Source: Catajapyx aquilonaris (taxonomy: Eukaryota). From it: a DNA stretch of 64,000 nucleotides. A program made the translations under genes and the position numbers. The first letter of the stretch is position 1. Every line of letters begins with the position of its first letter. The DNA is taken from NCBI GenBank assembly GCA_000934665.2, contig KZ538228.1, positions 1-64,000 on the forward strand, written 5' to 3'. The notes under the pieces were generated by a model, which saw nothing but the letters and a program-made list of their open reading frames with translations, searched no databases and was not told the DNA's origin. This document shows, in pieces, positions 22,301 through 38,600 of this stretch.

Positions 22301-25300
22301 CACATCACATTACAATCGAATAGAAAGTAAATTTCTGCTGTATGACGTTTTATTTTTACAAGATGGCAAAACATATTTCTCATGCAAAAAATTCATGACT
22401 TACACATCTCCCAGCAAGTGTGATTTTCAATATTACTTTCTCATATGACTGGTTTCAAACCATCAGCAATCAACCCTAGTAGCAAAATTTTTCACACCTG
22501 CCATTTTCAATTAGCAAACAGTAAAATTTTCCATCCCTTTTACAGTGTCAAAGCCATTCACCACCTGCAGAAGTAAAAGTGAAAAGCCAATATGCATAAC
22601 TGCGTTGCAAAAGCCAAGACACTTTTTGTTATCCGGCTCAGTAACTTTTAGAAACTTTCATTAAGTTTAATGTAACAATGAGTAGTTTAAATTAAACAAC
22701 AAAGCTGCATGTCCCAATTAGCTGTGCAACAATTATCCTGCAAGGTTAAATGCATTTGCCATGTACTTGAGGATACTGTTAATCAACCCCACATAAAGAT
22801 AACATGTTTTCATAACACTAAGTCAATGTTTTTATCTTAACCTCATGTTGGAATATGATCTAAATCCATTTTCAAATAACATTTTAAAACGCTTTCCTAA
22901 CCTCAGATAACCTCTCGGTGGCAGCTCGAAATTATTATAATTGCAGCATATTTGACGCACTCAATCCGCTGCTGATATGCGAACATTCCACACAAAGGAT
23001 GTTTTACGAGCACCTTTATTCAGTGAGAATGCAGGGCTTCATTTATCACCTGCAACCACACACTTCATTATGATACTTCAATAGACTGATCCAACTACAT
23101 ATGGTCTACATCAGAAAGGAAAAAAGTACTGTATTACAAGTCCATTTATGATCCATTTACATTGTACGACTAATAAAAATGACAAAACTTATGGCACAAT
23201 AAAATTTCAAATTTGCTGTCGCATTAATGTCACTGACCTTACTCAGTAAGAACTGAGAAAATCTTTACTAATAGCATCTCATCACCTCTCGGGCGCTGAT
23301 AAAATAATGTACGCAATGTAAGTAAATAGTCTGCACTATCCTGTGAGCCTAGCAATGGCAGGTCGAATGGAAGTCCAGGGTTTAACCTTACGCCTTCAAT
23401 CTTTGATATGGATACATTACCCACTTCCATCTCCTGCCGGGACACACTTTCACTCTGTCTGCTCAGGGCTATAAGTAAAGGTCTCGTGCAATGAAGAGCC
23501 CAAAAAGATTAATGATTCGTTGTTGCAACGTATCTCCTAAAGTAGCATGTGATATACCCGCCTGTTTAGTAACGTAAAATGAATTATTCTTAACCTTTAG
23601 CTACCTGGCAGCTGTACAATTGAAATCCCTGGGCGAAACCTTTCCCAGAAATAAAGTAGCATTTTGATGTTTATTCCCATATTCTCAATCCAAGCCCTTC
23701 TGTAGTTAGATTTCCAGGAAGGTTAATTAATAGAAGACGTCCATTGCTTTTCTGGAACTTGATCTAGTTTATTCGGTTCTTCCGACTTCTGAAAGCTCTC
23801 GGCAGCGGTCAGACATAGTGGTGCTGGCAACGACAAAATCATGACGTCTGTATTTGCAGCTTTGTTTTTCTTCAGAAAGAATTCACTGCCTGGCATTGGC
23901 TCATTGTCAAATCACACCACCGCATACCTTTGGTGTGTGCTGTGTAGCACTTTCAAAGTGTGCGTTTACGGACAGGCATCGATTCCGTTTAAGTCTTTTA
24001 AGATATTGAAAATTGGTGCGTTAAATATCTATCAGGATTGAATTTCAATTGTACCACAATAATTATTACTGGAACTTGTTCGTAATATCAGATGAAAAAG
24101 AAACACTTAATTTTTAAATACCTGTAGTGAATATTTGGGTGTGAAAGATGAATATCTGCAATTTTCTCTGCAAAACTGCAGAAATATTAATTTTTATGAC
24201 AATGGCAGTTAATGATCAATTTTTTGAGTCCACAATGTTCACTAAAACTGCTGCTTAAATAAATCAATGCTCCCTCCTGGTTGCACAATGTGGTCAAATG
24301 GGGCTATTGCAATGGGGAATGCCCATATTTTAACTGCAGTCAAATATTACTGTTTGCAAACAATGTGACTTTCATAAAATTGGCCATCACCTGTCAAAAA
24401 TTAAATTGAAAATGCTGGCAGGTTCTTTGCACCTTCCACAGCCACATAAAATGCGAAAATTAGTGAACTCGCATCTTTCATGCCTTTTAAAAATCTGTTG
24501 ATATTAAAACCTTCCAATAAAAATATTATCATGGGCCACTGCATAATTAATCCTCGGTAACAATTTTCCTGAAATCAGTCCTCATTTGCACAGCATCATA
24601 ACTGATTTGGCAACATTGTCACCTCATAATTGTGTTGCATAATCAACATGCTGCCAAAACATCAAAATGGGCCAGTCATTCCCTCATAAGCTCATCGCAC
24701 TAACGTTACACTGTACACAACCCCCCCCCAATCTGACCATGAGTTACAAAGAAACCTAATCTGGCTACCTTGTGATGGGTTATCTCAACTCATTTCTTGG
24801 CCATCCCTCCAAGACTGATAAGGAACCATTTTCTTCTTCTAATAAACAAACAGCTAGCATAATTGCAAATTTTAATAATCATGTTACACTCAATTTCAAA
24901 AGCAATATTGACTGAACTTGACATGCTGCGTACTTTATACATGAGCGCATGTTCATGAATCGCAACAGCATGTGCATCGACATGGAGCAGGGCATAGGCA
25001 CAAACCGGTACAAACATAACTGCTAAGTACATGGGTATGTACGGAAGCAGGGTGCCAACTGGTATGTGCATGTGTAGGAAGAAATTCAGGGTGCCAACAG
25101 GTATGTGCATGTGTAGGAAGAAATTCAGGGTGCCAACAGGTATGCGCATGTGTAGGAAGAAATTCAGGGTGCCAACAGGTATGTGCATGGGCGCTAACAG
25201 AAGCAAGATGCCAACCGCTTAGTTCATGAGTATCAACAGACGCAGGGTGCCAACCGCTAAGTACACGGGTACACCAAAAGCAGGGTGCCAACCGTTATGT

Positions 25301-25900
25301 GCATGTGTACTAACAGAAGCAAGATGCCAACAGCTAAGTTCATGTGTATGAACAAACGCAGGGTGCCAACCGTTGTGCATGTGTACTAACAGAAGCAATA
25401 TGCCAACCGCTAAATGCACGTGCATTAAAATGAACAAGATGCCAACCACTGAATGCATGTGTATAAAAATGAACAAGATGCCAACTGCTAAATGCATGTG
25501 CATTAAAATAAACAAGATGCCAACGGCTAAGTACATGGGTCCAACAGAAGCAGGGTGCCAACCCTCACGTGCATGTGTACTAACAGAAGCAATATGCCAA
25601 CCGCTAAATGCATGTGTATGAAAATGAACATTTGCCAACCGCTTAGTACATGGGTGCAACAGAAGGCAGGGTGCCAGCCGGAACCCGCAGTGTTCCATTC
25701 CTTCCTGATCGAACCCCCCCTCCATATAATGTCCATATGCGCATTTTCACACCAGTTGGCACCCCTGCTCATCGGGTGTATTGTTGTGGGGGGGGNATCC
25801 GAGGGTTTACCTTGGCCTCTGCCTGCTTGGCCAGCGCCCCTGCGTATGAGCTCCCCTGAGCGGCGTCGCACTTGGCCATCTGCTTGGCTGCGGTGGCCAT
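7326..25900 (-). CDS. LARP1: La-related protein 1 (La motif plus C-terminal DM15/LARP1 domain), 16 coding exons, ~1308 aa
   Basis: Exons (-): 25900-25811, 21315-20844, 14111-13969, 13404-13197, 12968-12846, 12341-11876, 11633-11140, 10891-10662, 10199-10012, 9936-9684, 9591-9424, 9195-8999, 8873-8719, 8352-8098, 7970-7837, 7676-7326. All introns are GT-AG and phase-consistent. Hallmarks: [59 protein letters not shown] (La motif), [10 protein letters not shown] (PAM2-like), FLFDEEL...[60 protein letters not shown] (DM15). Exon 1, the exon 11 donor and the last exon are the least certain. Confidence 0.95.
8444..8530 (-). ncRNA. Intronic box C/D snoRNA, SNORD12/snR190-like, copy C (LARP1 intron 13)
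   Basis: The minus strand reads actagTGATGA...GTCTTCTTTCCCCaaCAGA...tggtga...CTGAagt. This gives box C 8525-8520, a 13-nt guide complementary to 28S rRNA GGGGAAAGAAGAC, D' CAGA, box D 8450-8447 and a short act/agt terminal stem. Confidence 0.8.
10965..11048 (-). ncRNA. Intronic box C/D snoRNA, SNORD12/snR190-like, copy B (LARP1 intron 7)
   Basis: The minus strand reads gtggcaagTGATGA...GTCTTCTTTCCCCaaCTGA...CTGAttccac. Box C 11040-11035, D' 11002-10999, box D 10974-10971, gtgg/ccac terminal stem. Confidence 0.85.
11710..11793 (-). ncRNA. Intronic box C/D snoRNA, SNORD12/snR190-like, copy A (LARP1 intron 6)
   Basis: The minus strand reads tgtagtaaaTGATGA...GTCTTCTTTCCCCaaCTGAattTGATGA...CTGAtgccaca. 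All four boxes are canonical: C 11784-11779, D' 11747-11744, C' TGATGA, D 11720-11717. Imperfect terminal stem. Confidence 0.88.
17982..18087. mobile_element. Short inverted-repeat (MITE-like) element in LARP1 intron 2
   Basis: acatttaaaagagcatcact (17982-18001) is the reverse complement of agtgatgctcttttaatgt (18069-18087) with one indel. Confidence 0.4.
25020..25680. repeat. ~39-bp-unit minisatellite (~16-17 units, some 36 bp) in LARP1 intron 1
   Basis: Recurring unit cagggtgccaacaggtatgtgcatgtgtaggaagaaatt with gradual divergence along the array. It explains the periodic pseudo-ORFs on both strands. Confidence 0.9.
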
Positions 25901-26329
25901 GCTTCTTCCTTCCCTCGCCTCCTAGGCCTGGAACCCCCACCACACAAGCAGCACGGCCTGTTCACTTTCACACCCCCCCACCCTCCTCCCCCTCCCCTCT
26001 CCCTCCCTTCTGGTTATTTACCACCCCTCCTTTTTTTTCCCCCTCCTCCGGTTTATCCAGCCCTGTTAAAAAAAAAAAAAAATAAGAGCCTCCAGGGGCC
26101 GGCCCCACTTCACTTGGCCCCCCCCTGCCTTGCCTAGGCAATCGCACTATCTCGGTCCGTCCGGTGTGTTTGGCGCAGTGTCGGAAGCAGACACGCCATC
26201 CACGCACACCGCACACGAGTCGCCTGCTGCACTCTGGAGGAATGGCGGATTTTGAGGAGGGGGGAGGGGGGGAGGGGGGGACAAGAAGAGAACGGAGGAG
26301 GGGGGGGGGAGGCTGGGTGTAGTTCATCA

Positions 26330-26660
26330 CCGAGACGAGAGAGGACTCTGCTTGACACACCAAATTATAATCAAATGAAACAAGTTCGGTCCATCCGACG
26401 CCATCTTCGATCCAACCGCAGTATCCACCAAATGCACAGTTCCGGACACAAAATGGCTGCCCGCACCTTCCATGTGGCTAACTCTACACCAGGCAGGTGG
26501 CTGCACTTACGCACTTTTTGGCACGTGTTTTATCTCCTCACACTTTTCCATGCCGCTTCTTTGTAATCGTCGCCACTTGCGCCCCATACCACGCCATATT
26601 ATTACACAAGTGGCGACAGACACACATGTGTGGACCCAAATGGCGGATTTCCCGGAATTT
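26330..26660 (-). promoter_or_regulatory. Probable LARP1 promoter / 5' end (GC-rich, several YY1-like AAATGGC/GCCATCTT motifs)
   Basis: GC-rich island 25800-26700 upstream of the LARP1 ATG, with gccatctt at ~26400, aaaatggctgcc at ~26450 and aaatggcgg at ~26638. The TSS itself cannot be determined. Confidence 0.45.
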
Positions 26661-26977
26661 TTATTGGAAGGGTTACTATAGTAGGCGCCCATGAGGCGCG
26701 TGGCTGGATTTTTCATGGGGGAATTTTTTGTCTGGTCCATAGGAGATTTTTTGCGAATTTTTTGTTTGCATATTGGTAATGACACTTTATGGGAGGAAAT
26801 CATTGCCACATCATTGATTAGGTAATATCAAGGTAATATATTAAGTAAGCGCAAGTTAGCGCGGTACTTTCTAATTGCAAAGGAGCGAACCTGTATCTGC
26901 AATAAATTAAATGCGGACTTATCATCATTAACATACTATCAATCATAACAACAGATATCACGACATTTCCGTATAAG

Positions 26978-27060
26978 GGGTGTGTTTTTGGTCCCTCTCC
27001 AGGAAGCTGGGGAAGGGGCGCTGAGGAGAGGTGGAAGCGGGCCGGACCAAAAACACACCC
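26978..27060. mobile_element. 83-bp MITE-like element with perfect 17-bp terminal inverted repeats
   Basis: gggtgtgtttttggtcc (26978-26994) pairs with ggaccaaaaacacaccc (27044-27060). Purine-rich interior. Confidence 0.6.
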
Positions 27061-28037
27061 AAGGAGTAGTCAGCGATGAAGGGAGACCAAACCCCACATA
27101 TGAACAAAATTAATACTTGTCAAAATAAAACTATAAACTACCTCCCCCCCCCCCCCAACCCAACTATCCATCATTAAAATGAAAAATTAATTTGTATAAT
27201 AATATTCATACTAATTGCATCAACAACTTATTAGCTTATTGCATAAACACAAATTCATATTAAAATAATTAGCAACGACAATAATTAGTGTAAAATTAAT
27301 TACATAATAATTTTATGAATTATCTCATTATTTAATAAAGCATTTTAATTCGCATTTTAATAAATTAATGCATTGTTGTTGTTGTTATACATTTTGGTTC
27401 AGTGCACAAAATATTGGCATCTATTCTGGCTAGTACCAGTAGGCTACTACATGATAATAAACATATGGAAAAATTGCAGTTTTTTGGCAGCATTGTTGGC
27501 AAGATGCAAATTTTTTCACGGTGATCATGTTGGACCTCTTGAGGGAGTGTCTTGCGACTTGAACTGTAAACATTGTCAAATAGGAGTAATGACACCTTCA
27601 GTCAGACATTACCGAAAGCAACATCTTTATTTCACAATGAAGTGATACAACGATTCATAAAGTTGCACGGCTAATAACATCAGGTCTGATAACTTTGCAC
27701 CAATGATGCTAATTGCATGTGAATACAAATATTGAAAATCTAATTAGTGCAACTGGAAGCTAGTGACTAGTTGCTTTTTTAGCTTTAGTTTTAATATAGG
27801 TGGCTCTTCGTCTTTGAACTCAACGTAACCCAATTGAATAGTTTGCTGAACTCTTTGTACTGGAAATGGTGATGAAAGGTACATGGTGGTATTAAAATCG
27901 CAGGCAGACATTCATCCCCATTGCTAAAGCACATAAATATAGCACGTAAAAAGAAATGTCAATTGCCATTTAATATAAATTGGACAGGGCACCCAATTAC
28001 TTTGTAATGAATAATCCAAAGTCAACATGGATTTAAC

Positions 28038-28112
28038 CAATGCAAGATTTGCTCTTGAAAGGCATCTTCAGGAAATTTCTGAAGATGCCTTTCAGGAGCA
28101 AATGTTGCATTG
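28038..28112. repeat. 34-bp-arm inverted repeat (hairpin) with 7-nt loop
   Basis: caatgcaagatttgctcttgaaaggcatcttcag-gaaattt-ctgaagatgcctttcaggagcaaatgttgcattg; 32 of 34 positions are Watson-Crick pairs. Confidence 0.9.
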
Positions 28113-28761
28113 ATAATGTTCAAGCTTAAAAACACAAAGATTTCTACACACCCTCTACATACATGTGTATTGGCAATCAAACAAAATTCAGATTACCACT
28201 CGGCTGGTAATTAACCGCATGTAACAATCTCACTCAGTCTTAGTTCATATACCTTTTTTTTCAATTAAAGCAATTATATAGTACTCTTCTTGATAGCAAT
28301 AATCTGGATATCTCAACTCGCTACCTATGCTTTATGCAACATGGTATTTGGCAATTTGTAACAGCTTTTGACACTTTCATGTGGGCTCCACAACCACGTA
28401 ATATGAGCCCCCTAAGCAAAAAGTACAGGGTGATGTGCAACACTGCTTAAAATTTCAGTAACCGGGGTTTACTGCACACATTCAGTTGTGTTCCCATCAT
28501 CTCCACAGAAAGTCGCAAGTTTCTCGGAGTCCGGTAAAAAATGTAATAAACTGACAAGTGCGACATGTAATGGGTGACCGGAAAGTCATGATAAAGTCTG
28601 TCTGAACCATTCTCTTTTCTCCCCACAATGACCTGTCACACTCCGGGGGAGCTGACCCTTCCTCAAAGTGTTACATAATTTATAGATAGCACTCATGCAT
28701 AGTGAGATATACAATATTACAACCCAACAACAGGCTTTTAACCGTCTCATCAATATCTACA

Positions 28762-28936
28762 TACGAGGGGTGTTCAAAAAAATGACAGAAGTTTTTCTAG
28801 ACAAACTCTATCACTCAATTTGCCACTTTGTTGTCAAGACATGTCGCTAGGTGCTGTCAGTAGCCGCAACGTACTGTTTGAGCCAGTTGACGCGCTATTT
28901 AAAAAGTTCTCTCTTTTTCTGAACCCTCCCCCGTCA
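28762..28936. mobile_element. Degenerate Tc1/mariner-type non-autonomous element
   Basis: Starts TAcgaggggtgttcaaaaaa, a mariner-like TIR after TA. Ends in a decayed inverted copy, tttttctgaaccctccccgtca. Confidence 0.45.
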
Positions 28937-29639
28937 TATTTCAAACAATTTTACAAGCTCAATTTTTTGGTATTCCGTACAGCACTATGCGACAGCGTGC
29001 CATCTGCAAAACAAAAATTTGACAACCTTCTTTTCTACTCACAGTAAAAATCCACTTGAGCTGTATGATGGTAAACACATGGCTCATGGGCATGTTACTT
29101 ACACATTTACGCAATAACTGGTTTCATTACATTTACAAAAACAAGGGTAGTATACAATGACCACAATATTAATTGGGCACAGATAGTAGGCAATTTGGAG
29201 AATTCATGCATTCATCTCGCTTCACTTAATAATTACATGTAACTCTTTTTTTTCTTCTGTCTCCAGTAGGAAATGCAGAAATTTTTATGCTATTTTGTAT
29301 GGCATGGCACTGGGATAAATCAATTTTTAAAAATCTTTTAAAAATAAAACATGAGGTAAATTGAATGTAGTACACACTCTGACAAAATTGAATGTAAAAT
29401 ACAATAAATTTGATTTGAATAGCTTGCTCTATTCCCATACACGTAGGACATTTTAAAGTTGCATCTTTGTAAATGACTGCCCAACATTTCGATTAGTCAA
29501 TAGAATCTGGATAGGTCTGCAACTGTAATGTCCATTGAGACCAATGGACTTTGAAGCAATTATTCATGAACACCATTGGCAGCAGATAAATCAATTTTCT
29601 TCCCACTGGAAACATTTTGATATTTTTCTCGGAGGGAAT

Positions 29640-33649
<4,010 letters not shown>

Positions 33650-35695
33650 CCCGACTCCGAAAGGGGCCACAGTCCAAGACTAAATGTTAAAAATTTACGG
33701 ACAGAAATTTTACAAACGTCCCTCAAAGAGCAGCCATTTTGACAAATACTGACGGAGTCAAGTGGGCGTCTTGAGATATGTATAACCACATTTTAACCTG
33801 ACAGCCAATCAGCCACATTCATTTTGGAAAATACAATTAAAAATGTGAGCACATTTAAATAAGTACGAATGTAATTAAAATTGATAGTAATTAGTCATTC
33901 ATTGTGGTGCTAATTTGACTCGATCACGTATGTCAGAATGTTTACACCTTCCAGCACATTATTCTTCAGCCAATTATAGGCCAGAACACAAGCTTTTTGA
34001 CCAATCAGAGTGTAGATGTTGGCTCGTCTAAAGGGGGCCTTGAACCCAAAAATGCGCGGGGACTTTGACACTTGCTCTGCATGCCTGATTTTGCAGAAAC
34101 GAAGTTTGCTAATTGCCTACAACACAAGGGTGGAATACCCTGGGTTTATTCTGGCTCACTTGGCAGTGCACACGTGTGGGTGTTTAACCGCTTAATACGC
34201 GGTGCATTGTACACATGCAAAGTAATGCTGCAGCAGAAAGTGCGTGTACCACCATTTCGGCCTGTACTCGATAATTTAATTATGTAGGACATCTCCAAAC
34301 AATAGCCATTGTTAAGTAGGCACAAACACTATAATAAGAACTAATAATAAACCTAGCTGGGGTGTCAGAAGAAGAAAAATCCCAGCACTGAATTAGCTCT
34401 TGCTATATAATTATGCAATTGACCAAAAGTGCGTAATCTCACAATAAATTAGAGTACAAAAATGTTTACTCCCAACTGGGAATAATCTTATCCAGAAAAC
34501 AATGTTAGCAAAAGCCCTGCAGCTAGGTTACATTATCGAAAATAAAGCAAATATGAGAAGATAGTGCAGTAAATGTAAAAGTGACAAGTCATTTCAACTT
34601 TCAGTTTCACACACATCGAGATGAAAATTATTCAGACGCTAATCAGTGGTAATTGAAACAGTTTTATCAGTACCAATTTAAGCAAACTGCAGGCTTTAAA
34701 TAAACTTGTTACTATCGTAAAACAGTATTACGCACTTTATGGCATGATTTATTATCGCGGAGTGTGTCGACTTACCAAGGACACATATGAAAATGATATA
34801 GGCGCGCCGTCACGTTTTCCCAGCGGTGGCGCACAAGTTCAAGGCCAAGACTACTACAGCTGTCAAAACTAGAGTATATGACTATACATTGTATGATACC
34901 AAGATGATACTCTTTGATTGACTATTACAGGGCCACATATGATAATAACAGGTGCTCCCAAATGTTTTATCACGGCTGAATTTGCAAGCCGTTGCCTTCT
35001 AGAGTATTTCTAGACATACTGTAACGGTATACCCGTTACCCCACTTGTCCTNGTCGTAATATCATGACCTCCCCCAATGATGCTATTAAACCCTTGGCCC
35101 CTTGCCAATTTGGCTGCACCTCAAAAAAAAAATTTAAAAAAATCAAATCCTAATGTCCCAAGTATTAGCTTATTCAGCGAGGCGTTACTAGCGGCTATTG
35201 TGCCCAATGCAGCAGCTAAGCTTGATTCGACCCCCAGAGAATTCCCACGTGTCGGATAGTATCGCTCTCTTTCGATTTGTTTTGTCAGTTGAAAAGCAGT
35301 GGCGCCTTCGAACGAGGCGACGCCGGGCGTCGGTTGTCCAGTAAGGACCACCAAGGGCTTGTTCATTAGAACTTTAGAAGGGAAAAAGACTGAGGGACTT
35401 GCAGTGAACCAAGTGGGTGAGAAAATGGAAGAGAAAGGAGGGGGGAGAGTAAAAACAAACAAAAATGACCGTTATTTTTTAAAAAAACAAATTCATTGGT
35501 ACAATTATTGTTCTCAGTATGGATGGTAATTAGAGGTGTTAAGTGGGCATTTTTGAGGCTGTCATATAGAAAGGTAACATGTGTACAGAGGCTGGAAAAC
35601 ATACAGCGACATGTCCGTACGCGAAGAGAGTTGGAAAAATTTTAGAAACTGTTCGAAATATTCCATTTGTAAAATCCTCTTCAGGTATTCTAAAA

Positions 35696-38600
35696 ATGAG
35701 CGAGTCGACAATGGGTTTGACTGCGAAGAAGTACGCGGTACTTCGCCACCAGCTGGATGAAATGGGGTACAAGCACCCGTTGGCCTTGGAGGCACTTCCT
35801 CTGGTGGAGCGACTCTTCAACGACCTGGTCAGAACCACAGAGAGCCTCAAGAAAGCCAAGGAGGCCGGTGCCAAAAAGGAGGAGGTAAAGCGTATGCTTT
35901 GTTATGCACCATTTGCTTTTTACATACCGCAAATATGAGCTAGTTGCATGTTTTTAATGTTTATACTGTGCATAGTGTATGATGCGAGGGGTTATTCACT
36001 AAGGGTAGTCCGTGTACACCTTCGTGGGTAGTCCGGGCAGTCCGAAGGGTTGTTCAGGTAGTCCGAGGGTAGTCCGTGTACGCAAAAAATGTAAGTGAAT
36101 AACCCCTCAGTATGCTGTTTTAACCAGAGGTTTTTAACTAAGGGTTAAACAAAATAATGAAACTTGCCGTAGAATTTTAGTAAATCGTCTAGAAAAAGTC
36201 TGTAACGTTTCTTAGTTTCCGAGACATTACATTTCTTCAGACTCTTATTTTAAATTTTATTTTTTTGACAATGCATGGATAATCTGCACGTGGATATGAT
36301 CAGTAGTACAGTGTACTTAGTGTTTTTAAAAAGCTGTAGTCTTGATTTTTGTTTGGTGCATTTACATGTGAGCGATTTGACGAGCAACATCTTCACCGAG
36401 GCTGAAATTAACAATCGATTTTCGCCTCAAGCAATATTGGTTACTTGGGTTACTCACCCTCAGCGAATATTTCTCTCGTCAAATCCCTCAACATGTAAAC
36501 ACACCTTAACGATATGCCAGATTGGCCTGTTGGCAGATCCTTATGACTATAAAACTACTGCTAAAACCTCTTGTAGATCCATTGATATGCGGCTCGTCAA
36601 ACATGTTTGAGGACACGTGTGACACACTGTCATTATTAATCGCAGTATTATCATTAAGTCGACCACAGCTCAATTCGTTTCGAATTAATCCACGCCCCAC
36701 GCAAGGTTGCCCCAAAGAGCCCAACAAAAGGGGCCTGAAAATGAGTTTCCTGCTCATTTTGTAGTCACCATTGATTTTTCCACTGATGTAAGAGCACGAG
36801 CCAAAAAAACTTCCGGCTTTGTTAAAGAATACTGCGGGGCTGAACGTACACTGATTAATGGAAAGGTGACAGGTGGTAGGAAAAGAAGGGGTGGGGGGAG
36901 TGAACGAGCATTGCATGACAAGCTCCATATAACCCCTCAGCTTTGCTCTTTTTTTTTATGTGTGACCTATATTGATTCGGAGGAAATTAAGGTTGGGTAG
37001 TGGGGGAGGAAGGAATTTGGGGTCTGCAAACCAGTGTGGGATGGGACCAAAATCACTGTCAGTCAAGTCAAGGTGAGCGCAAAGTGTTTATTAAGGGAAT
37101 TGGCCGCTCTCGTTGAATGTTGCTTTGAATTGAACCATTGAGGTGCCTAGGTTAAACACCTGACGATTAATACTTGTCAGTAAACATGGCTAAATTCTCA
37201 ACAGTGACGACCGTATGCAAATACCAATCGTGTAATGTCAGCAAGCAATGTGTTGCATTTATTCGTACTTTCTCTGTGTGGCCGTGATAGTTATTCCAGT
37301 ACAACCAATCATACTGCATAGGCCTCATTTACCGTATTTGACGACACTTTTTTCCCCCCTAAAAATGGCTCAAAAAATCTGCCTGCATCTTAGCCTATAT
37401 GTGAAAATCCACTAGAATCCTTTCTTTTCTGAATCTGATCTGCTGAAATGGATATCTATGCCATCAAATACGGTACACATGAGTGATTAGCATTTCTGAA
37501 CGATGAAATTGTTTGGAGCGAAAGTGCGTTTCGCCCCAAACGATCACTGATCAAATCGCATGTATGTAAACACGGCCTAATAATGCAGCTGTTACAGTGA
37601 ACAATGACAGGTTTATTGCAACAATTGAACCATGGTAATGGCCGTTGTTTACTACGCCTTGCACTACAGAACAGTTGTGAGTTCACTACTTTTTAGTGAA
37701 AAACACTTATCTGATTTTTAAAGTGGGGGTGTTTGATTAGAGAGCCAGCATGGGATGAAAAGCTTCCAAACTGCCGTCGCAGCTGGAAATTCCTGAGGTG
37801 GTGAAGGGGGTTAGGACATGGTGGGGGTCGAGGGGTAATTATTGCACGAGAAACGAGGAAGGGGGAGAGATCGATGGTTGGATCCAGGTGGGTCAGATAC
37901 TAATCATAACTCATGCACACTATTTGCTTACAGCGTTTTGGATTCAGTGTGGTCATGTGACAGTAATTTAATTTTTATTGCGATTAGTAAGTCGGTTTTC
38001 ATTGTATGTGTGTCTGGCAGACTAATTGCTGGTCAGTGATAGACCTGTCATGCTTGGATTAATTTCAAAGCGCTAATGGGTATAAACTGTGGCAGCTCAT
38101 AGTCGAATGTCATTTTGTAATAACTACCAAGGCAGTGCGACTGACAAGTGAGTGTTGCATGACTTCATTACTGTAGAAAGGATGTGTAATAATAGTCAGT
38201 ATTGCAAGCAATAGATGAAATCAGACTTGTGAAAAGTGAGTTGTTAAATTGTAGCGTGTCCTTTTGCTAAATTAAACTGTTGGACCTCAGTTCCCTAGAT
38301 GTTTCGCTCGGATCATTGCCAACCCAGATTGTTGCTCATCTAATTTTATGTCCATGAGATTCGCTGTTGGTCCTGTCAGATGCTGTTGTTTAGTGCGCAA
38401 AGAACTGATCTTGTTTGATATCAAGTCGAAATTATCAGCCGTCGTGGCTGGCAATAATATCAACTAAGTAAAGCACTGCTCCTGATTCCCTCGCATGGCC
38501 ACTGGATTTTACTTGCATTTTGTCCGATTTAAAAATTGAACGCCTACACTCGTATTAACTGCAAGCTTTTTTTTTTTAATTGCAGGAAAGTCACATTTTG

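Noticed and set aside
23239..23900. Coding-like stretch in LARP1 intron 1 (ORF 23239-23445)
   Set aside because: Stops occur in all frames nearby, no credible splice chain can be built, and no domain is recognisable. It may be a decayed transposon, but this is unsupported.
24790..25725. Repetitive ORFs on both strands (HMHIPVGT..., THAHTCWHP...), superficially like a repeat protein or CRISPR array
   Set aside because: These are products of a 39-bp (multiple of 3) minisatellite. Units are contiguous with no unique spacers, there are no cas genes, and the context is a eukaryotic intron.
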